A stretch of DNA of 36,469 nucleotides from a virus (lineage: Duplodnaviria > Heunggongvirae > Uroviricota > Caudoviricetes): IMG/VR virus record IMGVR_UViG_2724679138_000003; one strand, given 5' to 3'. Below, one piece after another: positions 27,519 to 35,188 of the stretch (its first letter is position 1; every line of letters begins with the position of its first letter). The position numbers and the translations under genes were made by a program. The notes under the pieces were generated by a model that saw only the letters and a program-made list of their open reading frames with translations, was not told the origin of the DNA and did not search any database.

Positions 27519-27768
27519 TTTGACCTCATCATTGTTAATTTATGAGATTTTACAACTTATAATGCATCTTCCAGATCGAGCCTCCAAGTAAGAAATCAGG
27601 CTAAATCAGACAGATATGTAATATATCCCTAGTCAATTAGGCAGTCCACCCATAAATCCTAACAGTACGAAAATGGTTGGAACGTTATCCTAGGTTACTG
27701 CTCATCGTTTCCTTATGACCTCAATATATAAATATCCCAGCTCTTGCGGTTCGATTGTATGATTGACA

Positions 27769-27792
27769 GTCCGCTCCTGGCACAAAGCGGAC
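27769..27792. repeat. 24-bp hairpin element, right boundary of AT-rich island (inverted copy)
   Basis: GTCCGCTCCTGGCACAAAGCGGAC; its reverse complement GTCCGCTTTGTGCCAGGAGCGGAC matches 25280-25303 at 22 of 24 positions. Confidence 0.6.
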
Positions 27793-27889
27793 AACCACGC
27801 CAGATCTACCCTGTGCCATGAAAAATGAGAATGTCAATTCACTCCTGAACTAATGCTTTTTAATCTAGTAACGTCTAAAATACCTAACA

Positions 27890-28291
27890 TTATCCCTGAT
27901 AAAATGCCAGTATGCGCTGCATAACTTCACTCATCCGGCACTCGCGACAGATTATGTTTAGGCGACTGTCGTAGCGACGTATTTCTCCATCAGGTAACGA
28001 CCAGATAAGGTCCGGATCAACCACAGCTGTTTTCTTCACCTTTGCCCTCGATAGTTTTTTGCGGGCGTTTTGCCAGTCCTTACGCGCCTGTTCAGACGGG
28101 AATAACCCGTAGCCGGAGTTGTATACATCGCCACTGGCTACCAGCTCTCTGGCAAGAACGCTCATCAGATATCTAGTCGCACCTGTTTTAGCTTCCAGTT
28201 GCCGTAACGTCTCACGACCACTCTGGCGCACGAGTTCCACCACCTGCCCTTTAATTTTTTCCCGCTCTTCTTGTGTAAAAACTTTTGCCAC
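27890..28291 (-). CDS. Hypothetical protein downstream of replication initiator (133 aa)
   Basis: GTG start at 28291 with GGGGG upstream; occupies the slot where lambda P (helicase loader) would sit but is far too small to be P or DnaC. Confidence 0.45.
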   Translation of the reverse strand: MAKVFTQEEREKIKGQVVELVRQSGRETLRQLEAKTGATRYLMSVLARELVASGDVYNSGYGLFPSEQARKDWQNARKKLSRAKVKKTAVVDPDLIWSLPDGEIRRYDSRLNIICRECRMSEVMQRILAFYQG

Positions 28292-28331
28292 AAGTCCCCC
28301 TTAAAATTACCTCATGACCTGAAATCAAAAC

Positions 28332-29297
28332 TTATCCTCTGAAACCAGGCGGAATTTCTGTATCCGGTTCAGAAATATGATTCACACAACGCTGTACAGG
28401 TGAACGTCCCAGGCGGATGACCAGTTCGTCCCATTTTTCGCGGAGTTTTGACGGGCTCATGATGTTTTTTACCCAGAATGGATCCCGCTGTACCCGACCA
28501 AACATTTCGCAAATTTGTCTGTGGCTTCTGCCATCCAGCATCCGCATTGTGCGCACGTCATTGGCCCAGGCTGTCCAGTTAGGCTCTTTTGGTCGCATGA
28601 TCTCTCCATCGTCGCTGGCAGCCTGTTCGTAAAGGTTCACGATCCGCCCCCAAATCCACTGCGCACACGCCAAATCCTCCCTGCTACCCCACTGGCGTTT
28701 TTTCACACTAAACACAACCGCGTCGGGGTTCCGAGTTAAAAAATCCTGTTCAGTCGTCTGCGGGTCCGGTTGCGAAGCTTCCGGACGAAAAGTGTTTTTA
28801 TTCTCTGTAGTAATCTCTGTTGTATTCTCTGTAAGATCATCAGGCCATTTTGACCCGATGACATTGGGTCGTTTTGAACCAATGGAGCGTTTCATTTTGA
28901 CCTCTTCCATCGTGTCATTTTGACCTGATGGAGCGGCGCATTTTGAACCGATGGATTCGTTCAATTTGCCACCATCTAAAAGCTCGCTCCCATAGTTGAT
29001 CGTGTAGAAATTGGTCATATCGCGCTTTGATTTATTGAGCTTTTCACAACGCAAAAGCCCCAGCGTTTTCAGACTTGCAAACGCGCGCTTTAACGTTGAC
29101 TCTGACCAGAATGGGAACTGTTCCAGCCATTGTTCCGTTGTGTTGTAAATCCAGCGAACACCATCACATTCCATGCCGGAATTGGTATCTCTCAACCAGT
29201 AATGCAACTGCTGCAACACAATGGCTTCATTTAAGCCAATCTTCATCGCAAGCTGTGTGTTTATAACCAGTGGGCGTTCAGCAAAAAGAAGGCTCAT
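28332..29297 (-). CDS. Replication initiator protein (lambda O-like) with internal origin iterons
   Basis: N-terminal helix-turn-helix-like region; six ~23-bp direct repeats inside the coding sequence, as in ori-lambda within gene O. Start is uncertain (ATG 29297 or TTG 29351). Confidence 0.7.
   Translation of the reverse strand: MSLLFAERPLVINTQLAMKIGLNEAIVLQQLHYWLRDTNSGMECDGVRWIYNTTEQWLEQFPFWSESTLKRAFASLKTLGLLRCEKLNKSKRDMTNFYTINYGSELLDGGKLNESIGSKCAAPSGQNDTMEEVKMKRSIGSKRPNVIGSKWPDDLTENTTEITTENKNTFRPEASQPDPQTTEQDFLTRNPDAVVFSVKKRQWGSREDLACAQWIWGRIVNLYEQAASDDGEIMRPKEPNWTAWANDVRTMRMLDGRSHRQICEMFGRVQRDPFWVKNIMSPSKLREKWDELVIRLGRSPVQRCVNHISEPDTEIPPGFRG
28846..28984. repeat. Origin of replication iterons: six tandem ~23-bp repeats (consensus CATTTTGACC-N-GATGGAGCG)
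   Basis: Repeat cores at 28846, 28870, 28893, 28916, 28939 and 28962 (CATTTTGACC / CGTTTTGAACC / CAATTTGCC), adjoined by TTCTCTGT repeats at 28801-28835. Confidence 0.65.
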
Positions 29298-29799
29298 AAT
29301 TCCATCCAGCTTTTTGTTGGTATTGCTGTCGATACGCAAGTTTGAAAGCAATTGCTTTTTCTATAAGTTCGTCAGTTTCACGATCCACTACGGCAGGATC
29401 AGCAAAAAGCAGTCCGGACTCCACCACATCGCCATATTCTTTGTTTAACCCGGCGATCATGTACGTGATGCTTTTTCCGTCACTAATTTCACGATACAAC
29501 CTGAAATCATTAATCCGGATAGCCTCCATAATTGCAGGCACTAGCGCCGTGAACTTTTCACGCTTATCCCTAGTGTCGATAGCCTTCCAGCGTTCGAATA
29601 TCTTCACTCGATTAACGCCAAGCGCTCGCTGATCAACCGCGCCACCTTCATCTGTGACACGCTGAACATCGATGTTCGGGCGCTCTTTCAAAGCCCAGAA
29701 TGCTTCAGTGATTAATATCGTCGCCTGCTCCTGTGTCATTCCTGGTCGACATATCCAGGCATCCAGAGCCTCACGAGCCTGTTCAGGAGTGATTTTCAT
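29278..29799 (-). CDS. Early-region protein between Cro-like gene and replication initiator (possible CII/YdaT-like regulator)
   Basis: 173-aa ORF overlapping the DicC-like 3' end by 17 nt; function not recognizable from sequence. Confidence 0.45.
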   Translation of the reverse strand: MKITPEQAREALDAWICRPGMTQEQATILITEAFWALKERPNIDVQRVTDEGGAVDQRALGVNRVKIFERWKAIDTRDKREKFTALVPAIMEAIRINDFRLYREISDGKSITYMIAGLNKEYGDVVESGLLFADPAVVDRETDELIEKAIAFKLAYRQQYQQKAGWNYEPSFC

Positions 29800-30010
29800 T
29801 GTTCAACCGCCCCGCCCGCTTCGTCTTACGATATTCGTCATAAACCTTGGGATCATACAGAAGCTCGCCGCCAGATGCCTCCTGTAGACGCATCGCGCGA
29901 CCTTCAGGAACCAGCTCTTGCCATTGAGAAACAGCAGATGGGTCAACGCCAGCAGCTTTCGCTACTTTGGCTTTCGTACCGTAAAAATTAATTACGTCTG
30001 ATTTAAACAT
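29783..30010 (-). CDS. dicC: Cro-like regulator (DicC-like)
   Basis: About 75 aa from ATG 30010 (GGAGG 4 nt upstream): MFKSDVINFYGTKAKVAKAAGVDPSAVSQW... (HTH); divergent from the DicA-like repressor. Confidence 0.65.
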   Translation of the reverse strand: MFKSDVINFYGTKAKVAKAAGVDPSAVSQWQELVPEGRAMRLQEASGGELLYDPKVYDEYRKTKRAGRLNNENHS

Positions 30011-30087
30011 CGCACCTCCAATATTGAGTTTTCTCAATGCTAATCACTCAAGGAATCTCAAGTCAAGGGTTATTAAGATATCTAAAT
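30011..30087. promoter_or_regulatory. Divergent promoter/operator region between dicC-like and dicA-like genes
   Basis: 77-bp intergenic spacer containing the palindrome TTGAGTTTTCTCAA (30024-30037) and CTCAAGGAATCTCAAG. Confidence 0.5.
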
Positions 30088-30495
30088 ATGAACGAGAAAA
30101 CTTTAGGTCAACGCATTAGAGAAAGACGTAAGCAGGTAGGCTTAAGTCAAAACGGTTTAAGCAAAGCTGCTGGCGTATCTGGCTCATCAATTTCATTATG
30201 GGAAAGTGACCATACAGCCCCGCGCGGGCAAAATTTGCATCGCCTCGCCGAGGTATTGCAATGTTCACCAACCTGGATACTGTTTGGCGACGAGGACAAA
30301 ACACCAGCTCCCCCTGTTTCACTCGATAGTGCCTTAGACTTATCGGAAGATGAGTTAGAGATGCTGCGTTTGTATCGCGCACTTCCTAAATCAGAGCAAC
30401 AAGCACAACTCAGCGAACTCCGCGCCCGCGTTGAGAATTTTAATCGCCTGTTCACCGAGCTATTAGAGGCTCGCAAACGCAACAAGCATCAATAA
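30088..30495 (+). CDS. dicA: Prophage repressor (DicA-like, HTH_XRE)
   Basis: 135 aa, MNEKTLGQRIRERRKQVGLSQNGLSKAAGVSGSSISLWE... (XRE HTH); gene order dicC-dicA-ydfA...dicF-dicB as in K-12 Qin. Confidence 0.75.
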   Translation: MNEKTLGQRIRERRKQVGLSQNGLSKAAGVSGSSISLWESDHTAPRGQNLHRLAEVLQCSPTWILFGDEDKTPAPPVSLDSALDLSEDELEMLRLYRALPKSEQQAQLSELRARVENFNRLFTELLEARKRNKHQ

Positions 30496-30554
30496 TCATC
30501 CCTTCACAAAATTTTAAAGCCTTACATTTCAATGTATTGGCTTTATCTTGCGCC

Positions 30555-30615
30555 AATACTTGAGTTTTCTCATCAAAAAACCTTGACGAAAAATAATGAG
30601 AAAACTAAATTACTT
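30555..30615 (+). promoter_or_regulatory. Promoter and operators of the ydfA-dicF-dicB operon
   Basis: TTGACG (30583-30588), 17-bp spacer, TAAATT (30606-30611); operator-like TGAGTTTTCTCA at 30561-30572 and inverted copy TGAGAAAACTAA at 30597-30608. Confidence 0.5.
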
Positions 30616-30687
30616 CCATCAAGACACCGCACGGTGTTCTCAGCAAACAGTTCCGCTACCCCGGCGTTAAGGGGAAATGAGGTCAGC

Positions 30688-30840
30688 ATGGATACTATCG
30701 ATCTTGGCAACAGCGAATCTCTGGTATGTGGCGTGTTCCCCAACCAGGACGGTACGTTCACCGCGATGACATATACCAAAAGCAAAACGTTTAAAACCGA
30801 ATCTGGCGCGCGTTGCTGGTTAGCCAGAAACACTGACTGA
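30688..30840 (+). CDS. ydfA: YdfA-like small protein (DUF1391)
   Basis: 50 aa, MDTIDLGNSESLVCGVFPNQDGTFTAMTYTKSKTFKTESGARCWLARNTD; GAGG SD; first gene of dicB operon. Confidence 0.65.
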   Translation: MDTIDLGNSESLVCGVFPNQDGTFTAMTYTKSKTFKTESGARCWLARNTD

Positions 30841-30851
30841 TGAGGCTGACG

Positions 30852-31217
30852 ATGGAATTTAAAGATTTACCGTCTGATGTACAGAAAACAGCAGCTCATA
30901 CATTGCATTCTGTGCTGCGAGAAATCGGGAAAGATATTGCAAGCGAGCCAGCAAAAGATCTGGCCCGGAAAATCAAGACCGCTTTCGTTGAGCTTTATAA
31001 TGTTGGCACTGACTCTGAAACTGTCGAGACCAAGACCGTAAGTTCACCAATATTCTCACTTGAGCCAGGCGTATTATCAGGTGAAATATGCACCGAGATT
31101 TCCAGCGAACTGCTTCCGGTAATACGAGAAGCAATTTGCCGTCGCGGTTTGGATGGAAGTTACGATCATGACGTCCTGCAAGTTCTCAGGACAATGGTGA
31201 CTTCACTGGGGATTTGA
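30852..31217 (+). CDS. Hypothetical protein in ydfB/ydfC position
   Basis: 121 aa from ATG 30852 (GAGG upstream), MEFKDLPSDVQKTAAHTLHSVLREIGKD... Confidence 0.55.
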   Translation: MEFKDLPSDVQKTAAHTLHSVLREIGKDIASEPAKDLARKIKTAFVELYNVGTDSETVETKTVSSPIFSLEPGVLSGEICTEISSELLPVIREAICRRGLDGSYDHDVLQVLRTMVTSLGI

Positions 31218-31386
31218 TCCCTGCGTCCTCTAACCTTTTGATATAGCGGTCCTCCAAGAAGCGGTAAATTTTGTCGAAATCATCTTTCCCCTCTGGTTTA
31301 TTCAGAGGATTACAGGACCCGTAAGTAGCGGCATACATTTCAACCGTTTTATCAAAAATATAAGAGACAAATTCTTCTTTAGTCAT
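31186..31386 (-). CDS. Small convergent ORF (66 aa), unknown function
   Basis: ATG 31386 with AAGGAA SD, MTKEEFVSYIFDKTVEMYAATYGSCNPLNKPEGKDDFDKIYRFLEDRYIKRL...; overlaps the 3' end of the preceding plus-strand gene by 32 nt. Confidence 0.45.
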   Translation of the reverse strand: MTKEEFVSYIFDKTVEMYAATYGSCNPLNKPEGKDDFDKIYRFLEDRYIKRLEDAGIKSPVKSPLS

Positions 31387-31661
31387 ATAGATTTCCTTCT
31401 TGGTTATTCTGGATAAGAAGGATACCACCTCGCCTGACGTGGTTAAAAGCAGGCACACAACACGAAAGCGCACGGCGAAGTTCGTCTCACTGTACGGTGT
31501 CGTTAAATTTAATTCGACCGTGCGCTTCCGGTTGTGGCAACCCGCGAAATGGCGCGGCGGTAAGTATGGCGGGGTTATTCCTTCCCCGTTGAGGACACCG
31601 AGTTGTCAGGTTGACCATACGCTTAAGTGACAACCCCGCTGCAACGCCCTCTGTTATCAAT

Positions 31662-31719
31662 TTTCTGGTGACGTTTGGCGGTATCAGTTTTACTCCGTGA
31701 CTGCTCTGCCGCCGTTTTT
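31662..31719 (+). ncRNA. dicF: DicF small regulatory RNA
   Basis: TTTCTGGTGACGTTTGGCGGTATCAGTTTTACTCCGTGACTGCTCTGCCGCCG followed by TTTTT; matches the K-12 DicF sequence as recalled (one mismatch at the 3' end); sits between ydfC-position gene and dicB. Confidence 0.8.
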
Positions 31720-31888
31720 AAAGTGAATTTTGTGATGCGGTGAATGCGGCTAAGCGCACGCGGAACAGTTAAAACCAAAAACAGTGTTATGGGTGGATTC
31801 TCTGTATCCGGCGTTAATTGTTAACTGGTTAACGTCACCTGGAGGCACCAGGCACTGCATCACAAAATTCATTGTTGAGGACGCGATA

Positions 31889-32077
31889 ATGAAAACGTTA
31901 TTACCAAACGTTAATACGTCTGAAGGTTGTTTTGAAATTGGTGTCACTATCAGTAACCCTGTATTTACTGAAGATGCCATTAACAAGAGAAAACAAGAAC
32001 GGGAGCTATTAAATAAAATATGCATTGTTTCAATGCTGGCTCGTTTACGTCTGATGCCAAAAGGATGTACACAATGA
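31889..32077 (+). CDS. dicB: Cell division inhibitor DicB
   Basis: 62 aa, MKTLLPNVNTSEGCFEIGVTISNPVFTEDAINKRKQERELLNKICIVSMLARLRLMPKGCTQ; GAGGA SD. Confidence 0.85.
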   Translation: MKTLLPNVNTSEGCFEIGVTISNPVFTEDAINKRKQERELLNKICIVSMLARLRLMPKGCTQ

Positions 32078-32265
32078 ATTCAGCATTTGCGCTTGTTCTG
32101 ACAGTTTTTCTTGTTTCCGGAGAGCCAGTTGATATTGCAGACAGTGTTCACAGGACAATGCAGGAGTGTATGACTGCAGCAACCGAACAGAAAATTCCCG
32201 GTAACTGTTACCCGGTCGATAAAGTTATTCACCAGGATAATATCGAAATCCCGGCAGGTCTTTAA
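32074..32265 (+). CDS. ydfD: YdfD-like small membrane protein
   Basis: 63 aa, MNSAFALVLTVFLVSGEPVDIADSVHRTMQECMTAATEQKIPGNCYPVDKVIHQDNIEIPAGL; start overlaps the dicB stop (ATGA). Confidence 0.75.
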   Translation: MNSAFALVLTVFLVSGEPVDIADSVHRTMQECMTAATEQKIPGNCYPVDKVIHQDNIEIPAGL

Positions 32266-32358
32266 AACAGTTCCGTAATAAATATCCGGTTTCATTCTTA
32301 TATGCCAGCAATGGCAGGGATTTGTTCATCCTTAAATCTGTCATGAGGTTAAAACAAA

Positions 32359-34830
32359 ATGAGTAAAGTCTTTATTTGCGCCGCTATTCCTGACGAACTG
32401 GCAACAAGGGAAGAAGGCGCTGTGGCTGTAGCCACAGCCATTGAAGCTGGCGACGAACGCCGTGCTCGAGCAAAATTTCACTGGCAGTTCCTGGAACATT
32501 ATCCGGCTGCTCAGGACTGCGCTTATAAATTTATTGTCTGCGAGGATAAACCTGGCATACCCCGCCCTGCCCTCGATTCATGGGATGCTGAATATATGCA
32601 GGAAAACCGCTGGGATGAGGAGTCAGCTTCTTTTGTCCCGGTTGAGACTGAATCCGATCCGATGAACGTCACTTTTGACAAGCTGGCCCCTGAAGTACAG
32701 AACGCTGTCATGGTTAAGTTCGACACATGTGAAAACATCACCGTTGATATGGTTATTAGCGCACAGGAATTGTTGCAGGAAGACATGGCAACATTCGACG
32801 GACATATCGTTGAAGCGTTGATGAAAATGCCAGAAGTTAACGCCATGTATCCGGAGCTTAAGTTGCACGCCATTGGGTGGGTTAAGCATAAATGTATTCC
32901 TGGTGCTAAATGGCCCGAAATTCAGGCAGAGATGCGCATCTGGAAAAAACGTCGCGAAGGTGAACGCAAGGAAACCGGAAAATACACGTCTGTTGTTGAT
33001 CTCGCCCGCGCCAGAGCCAATCAACAGTACACTGAAAATTCAACAGGAAAAATCAGCCCGGTCATTGCTGCCATTCATCGCGAATACAAGCAGACATGGA
33101 AAACACTGGATGACGAACTGGCCTACGCTCTCTGGCCTGGTGATGTGGATGCCGGAAACATTGACGGCAGCATCCATCGCTGGGCAAAAAAAGAAGTTAT
33201 CGACAACGACCGCGAAGACTGGAAGCGTATCTCGGCATCAATGCGCAAACAGCCTGATGCCCTTCGCTACGACCGCCAAACTATTTTTGGCCTTGTCCGT
33301 GAGCGTCCGATCGACATTCACAAAGATCCCGTAGCACTGAACAAATATATCTGCGAATACCTGACGACAAAGGGCGTGTTTGAGAATGAAGAAACAGACC
33401 TGGGCACTGTTGATGTTCTCCAGTCATCAGAAACACAAACTGATGCAGTGGAAACTGAGGTATCTGATATCCCAAAAAATGAAACCGCGCCGGAAGCTGA
33501 ACCATCTGTAGAGCGTGAGGGGCCGTTCTATTTCCTCTTCGCAGATAAGGACGGAGAAAAATACGGTCGCGCAAACAAACTTTCTGGTCTGGATAAGGCA
33601 CTGGCTGCTGGCGCCACTGAAATCACAAAAGAAGAATATTTTGCCCGAAAAAATGGCACATACACGGGCTTACCGCAAAATGTAGATACCGCTGAAGATT
33701 CAGAACAACCAGAGCCGATAAAAGTTACCGCTGACGAAGTAAACAAAATTATGCAGGCAGCCAATATCAGCCAGCCTGACGCCGATAAGTTGCTTGCTGC
33801 ATCACATGGTGAATTTGTTGAAGGGATTAGTGACCCGAATGATCCGAAATGGGTTAAGGGGATCCAGACCCGCGATTCTGTGAACCAGAACCAGCATGAA
33901 TCGGAACGGAACTACCAAAAAGCGGAACAAAACAGCCCAAATGCGTTACAAAACGAGCCAGAAACGAAACAGCCTGAACCAGTGGCGCAACAGGAAGTGG
34001 AAAAAGTCTGCACCGCCTGCGGTCAGACTGGCGGCGGCAACTGCCCTGATTGTGGCGCGGTGATGGGCGACGCAACATACCAAGAAACATTCGATGAAGA
34101 GTATCAGGTTGAAGTTCAGGAAGATGATCCGGAGGAAATGGAAGGCGCTGAACATCCACACAAGGAGAACACTGGCGGCAATCAGCATCACAATAGCGAT
34201 AATGAAACTGGCGAGACGGCAGATCACTCAATTAAGGTGAACGGTCATCACGAAATCACATCCACCAGCAGGACGTGTGACCATCTAATGATCGACCTTG
34301 AAACCATGGGAAAAAATCCTGATGCACCGATCATCTCAATAGGTGCAATATTTTTCGATCCGCAAACCGGAGATATAGGACCGGAATTTAGTAAGACTAT
34401 CGATCTGGAAACTGCTGGCGGAGTCATTGATCGGGACACCATTAAATGGTGGCTTAAGCAATCACGCGAAGCACAATCTGCCATTATGACCGATGAAATC
34501 CCGTTAGATGATGCACTGTTACAATTGCGGGAATTTATCGACGAAAACTCCGGTGAATTATTTGTTCAGGTTTGGGGAAATGGAGCCAACTTCGACAACA
34601 CGATTTTGCGCCGTTCATACGAACGGCAGGGGATCCCCTGCCCGTGGCGTTACTACAACGATCGCGATGTACGCACAATCGTTGAGCTGGGGAAAGCCAT
34701 AGATTTCGATGCCAGAACGGCTATTCCATTCGAAGGTGAGCGCCATAATGCACTTGATGACGCCCGTTACCAGGCAAAATACGTTTCAGTTATCTGGCAA
34801 AAACTGATCCCGAGTCAGGCTGATTCTTAA
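32359..34830 (+). CDS. Exodeoxyribonuclease VIII-like protein with C-terminal DnaQ-like (DEDDh) 3'-5' exonuclease domain
   Basis: 823 aa; C-terminal HLMIDLETMG...WGNGANFDNTIL...HNALDDARY (DEDDh motifs); central CTACGQTGGGNCPDCG zinc-ribbon; acidic linker; position next to xis-int as for prophage exoVIII genes. Confidence 0.75.
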   Translation: MSKVFICAAIPDELATREEGAVAVATAIEAGDERRARAKFHWQFLEHYPAAQDCAYKFIVCEDKPGIPRPALDSWDAEYMQENRWDEESASFVPVETESDPMNVTFDKLAPEVQNAVMVKFDTCENITVDMVISAQELLQEDMATFDGHIVEALMKMPEVNAMYPELKLHAIGWVKHKCIPGAKWPEIQAEMRIWKKRREGERKETGKYTSVVDLARARANQQYTENSTGKISPVIAAIHREYKQTWKTLDDELAYALWPGDVDAGNIDGSIHRWAKKEVIDNDREDWKRISASMRKQPDALRYDRQTIFGLVRERPIDIHKDPVALNKYICEYLTTKGVFENEETDLGTVDVLQSSETQTDAVETEVSDIPKNETAPEAEPSVEREGPFYFLFADKDGEKYGRANKLSGLDKALAAGATEITKEEYFARKNGTYTGLPQNVDTAEDSEQPEPIKVTADEVNKIMQAANISQPDADKLLAASHGEFVEGISDPNDPKWVKGIQTRDSVNQNQHESERNYQKAEQNSPNALQNEPETKQPEPVAQQEVEKVCTACGQTGGGNCPDCGAVMGDATYQETFDEEYQVEVQEDDPEEMEGAEHPHKENTGGNQHHNSDNETGETADHSIKVNGHHEITSTSRTCDHLMIDLETMGKNPDAPIISIGAIFFDPQTGDIGPEFSKTIDLETAGGVIDRDTIKWWLKQSREAQSAIMTDEIPLDDALLQLREFIDENSGELFVQVWGNGANFDNTILRRSYERQGIPCPWRYYNDRDVRTIVELGKAIDFDARTAIPFEGERHNALDDARYQAKYVSVIWQKLIPSQADS

Positions 34831-34902
34831 TGTTCAACTGTCGCCGGTTGTGACTGGTATTCTGCAACCGGCGCTCGTCTGATGTAAGAGATAAAGAAAT
34901 CG

Positions 34903-35154
34903 ATGAGCGAAGTAATCATGATTGTCTCTCCCGGCAAATGGGTATCCGAAGAGCAGTTAATTGCGCTGAAAGGAATAAAAAAAGGTACGTTAAAAAAGGC
35001 CCGGGAAAAATCGTTTATGGAAGGAAGGGAATATAAGCATGTCGCTCATGACGGTATGCCATGGGATAACAGTCCATGCTTTTACAACCTGGAAGAAATT
35101 GATCGCTGGATTGAGCGCCAGGCATCAGCGAGACCAAGACGTCATCTTACTTGA
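34903..35154 (+). CDS. xis: Excisionase (Xis-like)
   Basis: 83 aa immediately upstream of the integrase; ...MIVSPGKWVSEEQLIALKGIKKGTLKKAREKSFMEGREYKHV... Alternative start at ATG 34918. Confidence 0.7.
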   Translation: MSEVIMIVSPGKWVSEEQLIALKGIKKGTLKKAREKSFMEGREYKHVAHDGMPWDNSPCFYNLEEIDRWIERQASARPRRHLT

Positions 35155-35188
35155 CTAAAAGCCACACTAACTAATGAGAGAAGTTGAA

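Larger units (their letters stand above)
25304..27768. other. AT-rich cargo island (candidate accessory/defence locus) inserted between hokD and replication genes
   Basis: Marked drop in GC versus flanks, visible by eye; bounded by inverted copies of a 24-bp hairpin; contains two same-frame minus-strand ORFs and one ATG-less plus-strand ORF. Confidence 0.55.

Noticed and set aside
27748-27756. tRNA-like T-loop motif GGTTCGATT
   Set aside because: No acceptor stem, anticodon arm or CCA-compatible 3' end in the surrounding AT-rich sequence; probably a chance match.
28846-28984. Tandem direct repeats considered as a possible CRISPR array
   Set aside because: The ~23-bp repeats are contiguous with no intervening spacers and sit inside a replication-initiator gene; they are origin iterons, not CRISPR repeats.
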